DNA of 32,000 nt from Candidatus Baldrarchaeota archaeon (GTDB lineage Archaea; Asgardarchaeota; Baldrarchaeia; Baldrarchaeales; DXJG01), in the NCBI GenBank assembly GCA_019056805.1, contig DXJG01000004.1, positions 30,001 through 62,000 of the forward strand. Reading direction: 5' to 3'. Position 1 is the stretch's first letter; each line of letters starts with the position of its first letter. Shown here piece by piece: positions 19,389-28,372 of this stretch. Both the position numbers and the translations under genes were made by a program. The notes below the pieces were generated by a model. That model saw only the letters and a list, made by a program, of their open reading frames with translations, was not told where the DNA came from and ran no database searches.

Positions 19389-20471
19389 TTAGAACTTCTG
19401 TGGTTTTATATCTTTTAGACCTACCAGTTTGTCTGCAACCATTAGAGCGACGCCTACAGCAGGTGCTATTATTGAAGCATCAGTTCCTAAAAACTCTTCT
19501 AAACTCACAATTTTTTTAAATCCTACTTTCTCAGCAGCCTTTTTTGCAAGAAATTCTCCACCTAACCCCACGGTGACAACTGGTATTTCTTCACAAGTTT
19601 TCGTTTTTAATCTACTATATACTTGTCTTAAACCTTCAGCTATTTGATCCACCTGTTTATCATAAACGTATCTTGCTATATCTTCAATTTCTTTCTCGGT
19701 TAACATTTCTATATCGGCGCACACAACTCTAGCTAATCTCGCCATCGCTTCTAACCTTGTTTTACCTCTTCCATCAGCAGTTTCAGTCGTATAATACTCT
19801 TCACGTATATTACCTAATATTAGGTGGACATCTCCAGAAAGAGCAAAAAGCTCCGAAGAAACCCTTGCATAGTTCCCCCTAATAGGTATTTTATCAACTA
19901 TAGCTGCTACATTAGTTCTTAAACTCCCAGTATAAACAAGTTCGCCACACATAAGTTTTTCTAAATCATTTTTCCCCAAAGCAACACATTTTCCCTCTAA
20001 TATTGGTATTATACTCGTCGTTGTACTGCCCACATCAACAACTATACAATTTTCCATGATTCGTGAAACCATCCAAGCTGTAGCAGCCCAATTAGCCGCA
20101 GCAACCTTCAAATATTCTTTCCTCGCCTCTTCAACCGTTACCAGTTCACTTTCACAATTCAAAACATAAATCGGTACATTTTTGAAGGTTTTTTCAACGC
20201 AGTCTAAAACGTGATTTATTCCCTCCCTCTTACACCAATAAACATCAGAAAGCTCCGCAGTAATAGTCACACCGACTGCTTCAAGCTTTACACCCCGCAT
20301 AATTTCCGTACCAATTTCATGTAAAGTATCCAGTAATTTATCCTTCCCAACCTTCCACAACGGAAGATATTTCTTTACTGTTCTTATTTCTTTAAGAACT
20401 CCCTCTTCAACCCTTATAAGAGAAGCCTTAGTATTAGCTCCGCCAATGTCAAAACCAGCCACATAAACCAT
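19389..20471 (-). CDS. mfnF: Hydantoinase/oxoprolinase-family methanofuran biosynthesis protein
   Basis: GFDIGGANTK, VTITAELSD, AAANW, DVGSTTTSIIPI, GELVYTGSLRTN, ARLARVVCAD motifs. Confidence 0.9.
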   Translation of the reverse strand: MVYVAGFDIGGANTKASLIRVEEGVLKEIRTVKKYLPLWKVGKDKLLDTLHEIGTEIMRGVKLEAVGVTITAELSDVYWCKREGINHVLDCVEKTFKNVPIYVLNCESELVTVEEARKEYLKVAAANWAATAWMVSRIMENCIVVDVGSTTTSIIPILEGKCVALGKNDLEKLMCGELVYTGSLRTNVAAIVDKIPIRGNYARVSSELFALSGDVHLILGNIREEYYTTETADGRGKTRLEAMARLARVVCADIEMLTEKEIEDIARYVYDKQVDQIAEGLRQVYSRLKTKTCEEIPVVTVGLGGEFLAKKAAEKVGFKKIVSLEEFLGTDASIIAPAVGVALMVADKLVGLKDIKPQKF

Positions 20472-20617
20472 TTCTACACACCTATATTTCTCATTTAATG
20501 AATTTTTTAATAGTTTAATTACAAGTCAAAGTTAATTAAATCAAAGGTACAACAACTTATCTTATATTTTAAGAATACTTCTGCTATACTAGAACTTGTA
20601 AACATGGAGGTCTTTAT

Positions 20618-21346
20618 GTGAGAATTATCCCTGTTATCGATGTTAAGAATGGTGTTGTTGTTCATGCAGTAGCTGGGCAAAGAGAGAAGTATAAACCTAT
20701 TAAAAGCGGGATATGTTCCTCAGCTGATCCATTAGAAGTTGCAGAAGTCTTCAAGAATATGGGGTTCAAAGAGCTTTATCTCGCAGATCTTGACTCTATA
20801 ACTGGTGGAGATCCTTGTTATTCTCTCTATCAAGAAATTAGTGAGACAACTAAATTATCCCTTATGGTAGATGCTGGTGTAAGTAGTGTTGAGAAATTTA
20901 AAGAACTTCTGAGACACGGCGTAGCAAAGGTGATAGTTGGCACTGAAACCCTACAAGATCTTCAATCTTTAAGAGAAATTGCACACTTATATCAAGAAAA
21001 TCTAGTTGTAAGTGTTGATCTTTTTGGAGAAAAACTGCTTAGCTTATGTGAAGAAGTAAAGTATCGAGATCCATTAACGGTTATGTTACGTTTTAAAAAC
21101 ATGGGAGTTAAAGAATTCATAGTTCTTGATTTGTCTCGTGTAGGCACCGGCAAAGGAATTGACATATCTTTTATAAGTAGAATCGTTAAAAATGTAGAAG
21201 CTTCCATTCTAGTTGGTGGAGGAGTAAAAGATACTCATGATTTACTTGAACTAAGGGATATAGGTGTTTCAGGTGTTCTTATAGCAACAGCTCTCCACAA
21301 TAAAAGTATCACAATTAACGATTTGAAAAGGGAAGGGTTTCTATGA
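20618..21346 (+). CDS. HisA/HisF-related TIM-barrel protein of C1-cofactor gene clusters
   Basis: RIIPVIDVKNGVVVHAVAGQREKYKP, LYLADLDSI, LDLSRVGTGKG, GGGV, ATALH; embedded in mfn cluster. Confidence 0.8.
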   Translation: MRIIPVIDVKNGVVVHAVAGQREKYKPIKSGICSSADPLEVAEVFKNMGFKELYLADLDSITGGDPCYSLYQEISETTKLSLMVDAGVSSVEKFKELLRHGVAKVIVGTETLQDLQSLREIAHLYQENLVVSVDLFGEKLLSLCEEVKYRDPLTVMLRFKNMGVKEFIVLDLSRVGTGKGIDISFISRIVKNVEASILVGGGVKDTHDLLELRDIGVSGVLIATALHNKSITINDLKREGFL

Positions 21347-22576
21347 AGTTAGTGTTTCGTAAATTTTCTGTTTGATTTCTTCAAAGTGTTGTTTTGCCTC
21401 TTCTAAACTTTTCCCTTTAGAAACAACTATTGCTACATCTTCTTTTGGATGTAGATGGGGTTTTGGAATAAGTAAATGAGATATAACTCCGTCTATTTCA
21501 CTAATCATCTTAACTTTCTCATCACTAAGTGTGAAGCTTTCATTAAAACGGATTTTTCCTATAATTGCATAACCTTTTTTCCTAACATTAGTTGGTATTT
21601 CTAAGCCATGTGAAGCTTTTACGATTTCAGCTCCAATATTTATATTAAGAATTTCTCTAAGTCCAAGATAAGAGGTCGTAAGCCTTGGATTAACCTCCAC
21701 TACAACAGGTTTTTCACCTGTAAGCACTAAATCCACTCCCACATACCCTTTTAACCCTTTAATTGTCTTTACAGCTTTTACAGCTTCATCTATAGCCAAG
21801 GATTCCAATGGATGTTCAAATGGTGTATGGCCTCCCTCATAAATCGACCCTTCATCTGGAGAACCAAGTTTAATATGCTGCGCATTTAACGATAACGCTG
21901 CAACTTTCTCACCATTGCTAAGAAGACTAACGCTAGCATGATCCCCCTCCAAGTATTCTTGAATTAAAAAATAACTTTCCCGTGTATCATTTCTAATTCT
22001 TTCTACAGCAGCTTTTAACTCTTCTTTCCTACTGACTAGTGAGAGTCCTGCACAGCCAACCCCATCTACAGGTTTCAAAACAACTGGATATCCTATTTTT
22101 AAAACCTTTTCTTCCAGAGATTTCAGATCTTCATGTAATGATCCTAGAAGAGTTTTAGGAATGGAGATCTGGGCATCTTTCAAAATGTTATATGTTGTGT
22201 ATTTGTTTGAGCAGATTTTAACAGCATTTGATGTTGATCCTAAAATTTTTATCTTTTCCTTCTCAAAGAAACATGTGATACCATATAGAGCTTCTTTAAA
22301 AGCTGGAGCTATTACTATTACGCCATCAACATGAGTTAAGCATGTTTCAAGGAGTTTAAGAGGATTTTTGCCCTTGGGCACAGCGAAAATTTCATCAGCC
22401 ACTAATTGACAACACTTTAAAACTCTGGAATCAATCGTGGTTATAACATGATATCCCGCCATTTTTAGGTCTTCTATAAGAGCTCGAAGCATAGCATAAC
22501 CTTCAAGAAGTATTTCTTCAATAAGTTCTCCTTGGCAAAAACCTCCAAGAGCATATTCTATGACTAATACTCGCAA
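21341..22576 (-). CDS. mfnD: ATP-grasp protein, tyramine-L-glutamate ligase-like
   Basis: EYALGG, EGYAMLRALIEDL, KPVDGVG, IQEYLEGDHASVS, GYVGVD, EVNPRLTTSY motifs; mfn context. Confidence 0.85.
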   Translation of the reverse strand: MRVLVIEYALGGFCQGELIEEILLEGYAMLRALIEDLKMAGYHVITTIDSRVLKCCQLVADEIFAVPKGKNPLKLLETCLTHVDGVIVIAPAFKEALYGITCFFEKEKIKILGSTSNAVKICSNKYTTYNILKDAQISIPKTLLGSLHEDLKSLEEKVLKIGYPVVLKPVDGVGCAGLSLVSRKEELKAAVERIRNDTRESYFLIQEYLEGDHASVSLLSNGEKVAALSLNAQHIKLGSPDEGSIYEGGHTPFEHPLESLAIDEAVKAVKTIKGLKGYVGVDLVLTGEKPVVVEVNPRLTTSYLGLREILNINIGAEIVKASHGLEIPTNVRKKGYAIIGKIRFNESFTLSDEKVKMISEIDGVISHLLIPKPHLHPKEDVAIVVSKGKSLEEAKQHFEEIKQKIYETLTS

Positions 22577-22610
22577 CTCTATTCACTTCCAACATCATGC
22601 TTATCCTTAT

Positions 22611-22860
22611 CTAATTGTTTTCTTTTCTAAAGATTAGTACCAAAATGTGTATAATGGTAATGACGATAATATTGTTACCCGTGAGAAATTCTAAAAGAAA
22701 TAAATGAGTGTACTTTCTAGAATCTGTACATCCATATATTCCATTTGAAGCTAGACTATCAATAAATGGTTTCTTAAGAGCTTCAAGAGGTGTCTTATAC
22801 CCTAATTCAGGGATCCTATTTGTCAGCAGTTCCATCAAAGAGCATAATTAAAGTATTCAT
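22611..22860 (-). pseudogene. apgM: Truncated, frameshifted N-terminal remnant of cofactor-independent phosphoglycerate mutase (ApgM family)
   Basis: AGGTGA RBS, then MNTLIMLFDGTADK(stop), +1 shift to RIPELGYKTPLEALKKPFIDSLASNGIYG, matching the ApgM N-terminal DG-x-x-D...LGGKTPLEAA-x-TP-x-MD-x-LA-x-x-G pattern. Confidence 0.7.
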
Positions 22861-23036
22861 TTTAATCACCTATCAAATATTTCAACATAAAAGTATGTTA
22901 TACATGAATATTCATGTATATTTTTGCAATTACAAATTAATAATATCAAGTATAGGATCACAAACTTTTCTTTTATAAAATTGCCACGATAGGTTACTTT
23001 TTGAGACAAGTTTCTGGAAAAGCTTCCTCTATCAAT

Positions 23037-23056
23037 GTTACTCAAAAATAAGTAGC
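23037..23056. promoter_or_regulatory. Imperfect palindrome GTTACTCA-AAAA-TAAGTAGC upstream of the rib operon, candidate operator
   Basis: 6 of 8 arm positions complementary; lies just before an AT-rich TATA-like tract (23063-23075) and ribB. Confidence 0.35.
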
Positions 23057-23100
23057 TACTCTTAAATATTATAACAGTATAAGAGAGGAGGGGAATCAAC

Positions 23101-23784
23101 ATGTCAGCAGTAGACGACGTAGAAAAAGCAATTAGAGATTTTAAAAAAGGCAAACCGGTGTTAATTTATGATTGGCCTACCCGAGAGGGAGAAGTTGATA
23201 TGGTTTATTATGCTGGTCTCATAGACCATAGGAAGATTTACAAATTAAGAACTAAGGCTGGAGGGTTGCTATGCTTTGCCACTAACGAGAATATTGCAAA
23301 GTCATTAGGTATATCGTTGATGAGCGATTTACTGGAACGCCTAGGATATAAAGAGTTATCAGTTAAAAAAGCTTCGTATGGTGGCAAATCTCCTTTTTCA
23401 CTATGGGTTAACAGTGTGCATGTACGCACTGGTATATCTGATATTGACAGAGCTATGACTATTTCTCAACTTCACAAAGTTACATCTCTTGTAGTTAAGG
23501 GAGATACTGAACAAGCACGAAAAATGTTTTACAGCGATTTTTACGCGCCAGGTCATGTACCCATACTAATTGCTAAGGACATAGGCGTTAGAAAAGGTCA
23601 TACAGAACTTGCCATAGCTCTCGCGATTTTATCTGGTCTTGAGCCAAGTGTAGTTTTCGCTGAAATGCTGGATTATGGTCATTCATTGAGCTTGGAGAAA
23701 GCTAAGAAATTTGCTGAAAACCACGATTTAGCCTTAATAACAGGAAAAGAGTTGCTAGAAACAATCACAAAGGTGGATAGCTAA
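23101..23784 (+). CDS. ribB: 3,4-dihydroxy-2-butanone 4-phosphate synthase (archaeal type)
   Basis: PVLIYD..REGEVDMV, GGLLC, FSLWVN, TGISDIDRA.TI, PGHVPIL, RKGHTEL, AEML motifs. Confidence 0.95.
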   Translation: MSAVDDVEKAIRDFKKGKPVLIYDWPTREGEVDMVYYAGLIDHRKIYKLRTKAGGLLCFATNENIAKSLGISLMSDLLERLGYKELSVKKASYGGKSPFSLWVNSVHVRTGISDIDRAMTISQLHKVTSLVVKGDTEQARKMFYSDFYAPGHVPILIAKDIGVRKGHTELAIALAILSGLEPSVVFAEMLDYGHSLSLEKAKKFAENHDLALITGKELLETITKVDS

Positions 23785-24267
23785 ATGTATATTGTGGGAG
23801 TTGTAGATACGACGTTTGCCAGGGTAGACATGGCCAAATTCGCTATAAATACCATAAAGCAGCACCTTCCACGCGTGAAAGTGATTAGATATACGGTACC
23901 AGGCATCAAGGACATACCTGTAGCTACTAGGAAGGTTCTTGGTAAGGCAGAGATAGCTATGACATTTGGATGGGTTGGTCCAACATTGGTGGACAAGTAC
24001 AGCTACTTAGCCGCAAGCATAGCTCTAATGATGATCCAAATAGAAACGGGCAAACATGTAGTGGATGTCACAGTTCACGAGGATGAGGCCGTTGACACAG
24101 GAGAGCTCTATAAAATAGCAATTAACAGGGCTAAAGAACACGCTCTAAATGTGGTAACACTATTGACCAAGGGCTATGAGGGATTAACACCATTTGCAGG
24201 CCAAGGACTTAGACAAGGCATTCCAGATGTAGGTCCATTATTGAATCGAGGTGAAAATATTGAATAA
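23785..24267 (+). CDS. ribC: Archaeal riboflavin synthase
   Basis: [45 protein letters not shown] motifs. Confidence 0.95.
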   Translation: MYIVGVVDTTFARVDMAKFAINTIKQHLPRVKVIRYTVPGIKDIPVATRKVLGKAEIAMTFGWVGPTLVDKYSYLAASIALMMIQIETGKHVVDVTVHEDEAVDTGELYKIAINRAKEHALNVVTLLTKGYEGLTPFAGQGLRQGIPDVGPLLNRGENIE

Positions 24268-24727
24268 TGGTAAAAGAGTTAGACTGGCAATTGTAGTATC
24301 AGAATTTAACTACGATATTACGTATTTAATGCTACAAAGAGCTATTTCTCATGCTGAATTTTTAAACGCTGAAATTAAAGTTGTCTTTAAAGTGCCAGGA
24401 TCATATGACATGCCAATTGCTGTAACTGAGCTCTTAAGGAGGGAGGAGGTAGATGCTGTTGTTGCATTAGGTGCAGTTATCCAAGGTGAAACAGGACATG
24501 ACGAAGTAGTTGCGCATCAAACCGCACGTAAGCTAATGGATCTAAGTGTACAGTATAACAAACCGGTAGCACTGGGCATTATAGGTCCCGGAGCCACTAG
24601 AAGCCAAGCTCAAGAAAGAATAGATGAATATGCTAGAAGAGCAGTCGAAGCTGCTGTTAAGACAGCCATTAGACTGGAAAAGTTCCGCGACATGAGAGAA
24701 CTTAAGGATACGATATATGTGGAGTGA
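24251..24727 (+). CDS. ribH: 6,7-dimethyl-8-ribityllumazine synthase
   Basis: [44 protein letters not shown] motifs. Confidence 0.96.
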   Translation: MKILNNGKRVRLAIVVSEFNYDITYLMLQRAISHAEFLNAEIKVVFKVPGSYDMPIAVTELLRREEVDAVVALGAVIQGETGHDEVVAHQTARKLMDLSVQYNKPVALGIIGPGATRSQAQERIDEYARRAVEAAVKTAIRLEKFRDMRELKDTIYVE

Positions 24728-24733
24728 GGTTTC

Positions 24734-25432
24734 ATGATTAAAATCGGTTTCGTTCAACTAATAGATTATGAAGATTGGATAAAGTCTTTTGGGCACGATA
24801 GAGAATGGGCTGTACAAGCTGCACAAGCTGATACAAATAGATCTTTCACTTTAGAAAGTGCTCAAATTGATGCTTTCAGCATTCCACTAACTTATGATTC
24901 ATACGTAATAATACTCAACTCTGTTAGTACAAGAAAATACGAAAAAATGATTCATAAGCTGTCGCAAAAAGTACCAGTTAAACTAAAGGCATACATAGGT
25001 TTTGGGAAAACGTACGTTACTGCGTTGAATAGCATTAGAGAGTTAAAGTCGTGTAATTCTATAGCAACTCAAGATGACATCGAATATACGGTAGCTGTAC
25101 ATGTAGATTTAAATAACTACTATGGCATAATCCGCGAAAAGAATTGGCACTATGTCTACGAGGTAATGAATAACCTCATAACAAACGTTAGAAACCTTTC
25201 TAACAAATATGGGGGTTTGACTTTTTACGCTGGCGGGGATAATGTGATTAGTTTCATGCCCTCTTCTACGGTTAAAAACTTCATAGACGAGATAGTAACA
25301 GACAGTGTGAAGATCGGAGTAGGCGTAGCTTCAACTCCCAGAGAAGCTCTAAAACTAGCTTCAACAGCCTTGGACATTATTAGAGATCACAAGTCTAAAA
25401 ACCAAATTTTAGTGCTGAGGTCAGAAAGTTGA
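24734..25432 (+). CDS. gch3: GTP cyclohydrolase IIa (GTP cyclohydrolase III)
   Basis: N-terminal Q-x-x-x-Y-x-x-W...DREW-x-x-Q-x-x-Q, HVDLNN, YAGGDN, KIGVG motifs; rib operon context. Confidence 0.85.
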   Translation: MIKIGFVQLIDYEDWIKSFGHDREWAVQAAQADTNRSFTLESAQIDAFSIPLTYDSYVIILNSVSTRKYEKMIHKLSQKVPVKLKAYIGFGKTYVTALNSIRELKSCNSIATQDDIEYTVAVHVDLNNYYGIIREKNWHYVYEVMNNLITNVRNLSNKYGGLTFYAGGDNVISFMPSSTVKNFIDEIVTDSVKIGVGVASTPREALKLASTALDIIRDHKSKNQILVLRSES

Positions 25433-26568
25433 TAGTAAACGTCGACTACGCACTAATAGGTCAAGACTTAGATATCATCGAGAAAGCTCATATAGAAATT
25501 ATTGACGGCATAATAGCTCATATTGGAAGAGGTCACGTAGTTCACGGAAATCATGTAAGTGTAAACCATGGTATTGCGATACCGTCGCTTGTTAATGCTC
25601 ATATACATATTTTTGATTATGCATTTTTAGAATACGGTATCGAATTAGATCTTTCAAAGCTTGTTAGAGAGCCTTACGGTTTAAAACATAAGTTACTGGC
25701 AATGTTAACAAGAGACGATATATTTTATGCGTGTAGAAGAGTTCTTGAAAAGTTGTTACGTTCGGGAGTGGCTACAACAATAATCTTTTCAGAATTAGCA
25801 GAGTGCGGCGAGGTGAAGAAGTTAGCACAAGAACTAGAAATTGATGCTGTAGTTCTTGGGAGGTCAAGAGCAAGTAGGGTGTTTACAAGCATTAAGGATA
25901 TTTTACGAGTTGCCGACGGTTTAGGTTTAGATTCGCCATTAAGATATAGTCGTGGTGAATTAAAATATATGAGAATGGAATGTAACAGATTTAGTAAGCT
26001 CGTATCAACGCATGTGGCAGAGACAAAAAGTGATTATGAATATGGAGATTTCAAAATAGCTTTAGATTACCTAGAACCAGAACTAATGGTTCATGGAGTT
26101 CACTTGAGTGAAGAAGATATTCAATTACTATCTGAAAAAGAAATATCGATCGTTATTTGTCCCAGATCTAACATGTGGTTTGATGTGGGAATACCGCCAG
26201 TAAGAAAATTATTGGAAAATAACGTTAATGTGTTGCTCGGTACTGACAATGCTGGAGTTATTGAGCCGAATATATGGCGTGAACTAGAAACTACATATAA
26301 TATTTTAAGAATGCAGGGAGGAATATATGTAGACCCTAAAGAGATACTTAAAATGGTTACAACAAATGTTACCAAAATTAAGAGACTTGGAAGCAAGGTT
26401 AGCAATGTAATTGATGAGGGATGCAAGGCGAACTTTACGATACTAGATTCTTATGAGTTGGGAGTGAGAAGATCACAGAACATATATGCAACAATAGTTA
26501 AAAGGGGTTCTCCGTCTGCGGTTCGCTGTCTTATAAGAGGTAATAAGAAAATTGAAATTCCAGCGTGA
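25429..26568 (+). CDS. Metal-dependent amidohydrolase (chlorohydrolase/deaminase type)
   Basis: NAHIH (HxH), THVAE (HxxE), VHGVH, CPRSN, LGTDN metal ligands; start overlaps gch3 stop. Confidence 0.88.
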   Translation: MIVNVDYALIGQDLDIIEKAHIEIIDGIIAHIGRGHVVHGNHVSVNHGIAIPSLVNAHIHIFDYAFLEYGIELDLSKLVREPYGLKHKLLAMLTRDDIFYACRRVLEKLLRSGVATTIIFSELAECGEVKKLAQELEIDAVVLGRSRASRVFTSIKDILRVADGLGLDSPLRYSRGELKYMRMECNRFSKLVSTHVAETKSDYEYGDFKIALDYLEPELMVHGVHLSEEDIQLLSEKEISIVICPRSNMWFDVGIPPVRKLLENNVNVLLGTDNAGVIEPNIWRELETTYNILRMQGGIYVDPKEILKMVTTNVTKIKRLGSKVSNVIDEGCKANFTILDSYELGVRRSQNIYATIVKRGSPSAVRCLIRGNKKIEIPA

Positions 26569-26641
26569 AACAACATAAAGTTCACTCCAATTATATGCTA
26601 CTTTGCTTGTTAAGGTTATTAGGGCATCCTTGGTGAAAAGT

Positions 26642-27331
26642 ATGGGTAAATGCTTTGTTATTGTCTATTCCACAATGACAATAGATGGTAAAATAGCTAG
26701 TAAGATTCGTTATAGCCAGCTAAGTTGTCCATACGATTTAAAAAGACTTCACAAGCTTAGGGCCGAGAGTGACGGTATAATGGTTGGAGCAAATACGGTT
26801 ATTGTGGATGATCCATCGCTTAGAGTTAAATACGTTAATGGTAAGAATCTGGTTAGGAATCCGGTTAGAATCGTGGTCGATGGATTATTAAGAACTCCTC
26901 CGTCAGCGAGAGTTTACAGGCTAAAGACGGCTAAAACCATTGTTCTAACAACATCTCTGGCACCAAAAAGCAAAATTAAAGCGTTAAAATCTCTTGGTAT
27001 CGAAGTCATAATATTTCCAGAAGGGCCGATAATTAATATGAAAGATGCGATGAATGAGCTTTGTAGCAGAGGTTTAGAAAAGATAATGGTTGAAGGTGGG
27101 GGAGAGTTATTATGGCATCTTTTTAAGGAAAATGTAGTTAATGAACTTCATGTAACAATAGCACCGTACATATTTGGGGGAAGAGAGGCTGTAAGCCTAG
27201 TTATGGGAGAGGGTTTTAAAACAATAGATGACGCTAGAAAACTAGAGCCGTTAAGCGTAAATGTCTGTGAGTGTGGAAAAGAAATACACATCAAATATAA
27301 GATTGTAGACGGACTAACAAAAAGTGGTTGA
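26642..27331 (+). CDS. arfC: 2,5-diamino-6-(ribosylamino)-4(3H)-pyrimidinone 5'-phosphate reductase (RibD C-terminal/Rib7 type)
   Basis: MTIDGKIA, LHKLRAESDGIMVGANTVIVDDPSL, PVRIVVD, IMVEGGG, APYIFGG motifs; no deaminase domain; ATG 26642 after GGTGA. Confidence 0.9.
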   Translation: MGKCFVIVYSTMTIDGKIASKIRYSQLSCPYDLKRLHKLRAESDGIMVGANTVIVDDPSLRVKYVNGKNLVRNPVRIVVDGLLRTPPSARVYRLKTAKTIVLTTSLAPKSKIKALKSLGIEVIIFPEGPIINMKDAMNELCSRGLEKIMVEGGGELLWHLFKENVVNELHVTIAPYIFGGREAVSLVMGEGFKTIDDARKLEPLSVNVCECGKEIHIKYKIVDGLTKSG

Positions 27332-27467
27332 TCCTTCCATCTTATTAAATGTTTGTTGTTAAAATATTTGGTCATTCTCTGATTTTATGTGTTTTTAACA
27401 AGAGGGCTGAGACAAATATAACTTTATTGAAGGAAGGTCATGAATATTGAAAGTCGTTTTCAATAAT

Positions 27468-28028
27468 CTAAAGGGTTTCAGGAGAGAGATCTAAGGTCTT
27501 TTTTACTTTAATCCAATCAACATCTGTTTCGACACAACCATCTCTGAGTAAAACTACTCCTTGAGCAGGTATTCCTACTTTTTCACAAGCAATACATCCA
27601 AGAACTAGTTCTTTCTGACAAGCAACCCCTAATATTGCCTTGGGTTTGAAAGTTCTAATTATCTTCTCGATAATTGATCCTCCAGGAATGATGAATACCT
27701 TGTATCCCATTTTTTCGGCATATTTCTTTATTTCTGGGATCTTACATTTGTTGCATTCCTTACATTCATATCCAAATTCTGTTAACTCTGCTTCGCATGT
27801 TCTGCTTCTTAAACACTGGGGTAAAAGTAAAATTCTATTGGAAAAATCAGTTTCAGCGAATTTATTTTTATGAAGTTTATTTTTCATTTCAATATATAAT
27901 TTCATTAATTCTTTTTCATCTATACCTAGTTTAATTGCAAGTTGTTCGATTTTTTCAAGTATTATAGGGGAAGGTTCAGATAAAGCAACCTTTTTTAAAA
28001 TCTTCATTAAGATCTTATTGTCCGTCAT
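27468..28028 (-). CDS. DUF116 family Cys-rich protein
   Basis: ILLLPQCLR..C, CKECNKC, IPGGS, GVAC..EL, GCVETDVD motifs. Confidence 0.85.
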   Translation of the reverse strand: MTDNKILMKILKKVALSEPSPIILEKIEQLAIKLGIDEKELMKLYIEMKNKLHKNKFAETDFSNRILLLPQCLRSRTCEAELTEFGYECKECNKCKIPEIKKYAEKMGYKVFIIPGGSIIEKIIRTFKPKAILGVACQKELVLGCIACEKVGIPAQGVVLLRDGCVETDVDWIKVKKTLDLSPETL

Positions 28029-28372
28029 TCTTCAAACCAGATCTCCAATTTTATTTTTTCTTATGTCGAATATTTGTATCCCATCCCACAAGTATTAACT
28101 ATAATTTATGTTTTTCGTTACCATTCTATACATTCTTCGGAGCATACAACACGCATACATTTCCCAAATAGAATTATACGCTTGAAATTAAGGACGTTGA
28201 CGCTTAAAAAATAAAATCATTTTGTTCTATAAAATTTCAACACTTTGTATCAAGTTTAAGATATTCCACCCTTAGTGACTATTCTATTTACTTTTTTTAG
28301 GGTTTACAGTGAATAGGTTCTTATTCAAATTCCCGTAAATATGTATGTGAAAACACGGGGGTGTGTAATGAT

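Noticed and set aside
22611-22838. Xre/MbcA/ParS antitoxin reading of the IPELGYKTPLEAL motif
   Set aside because: The upstream frame supplies MNTLIMLFDGTAD with an RBS, which fits ApgM much better
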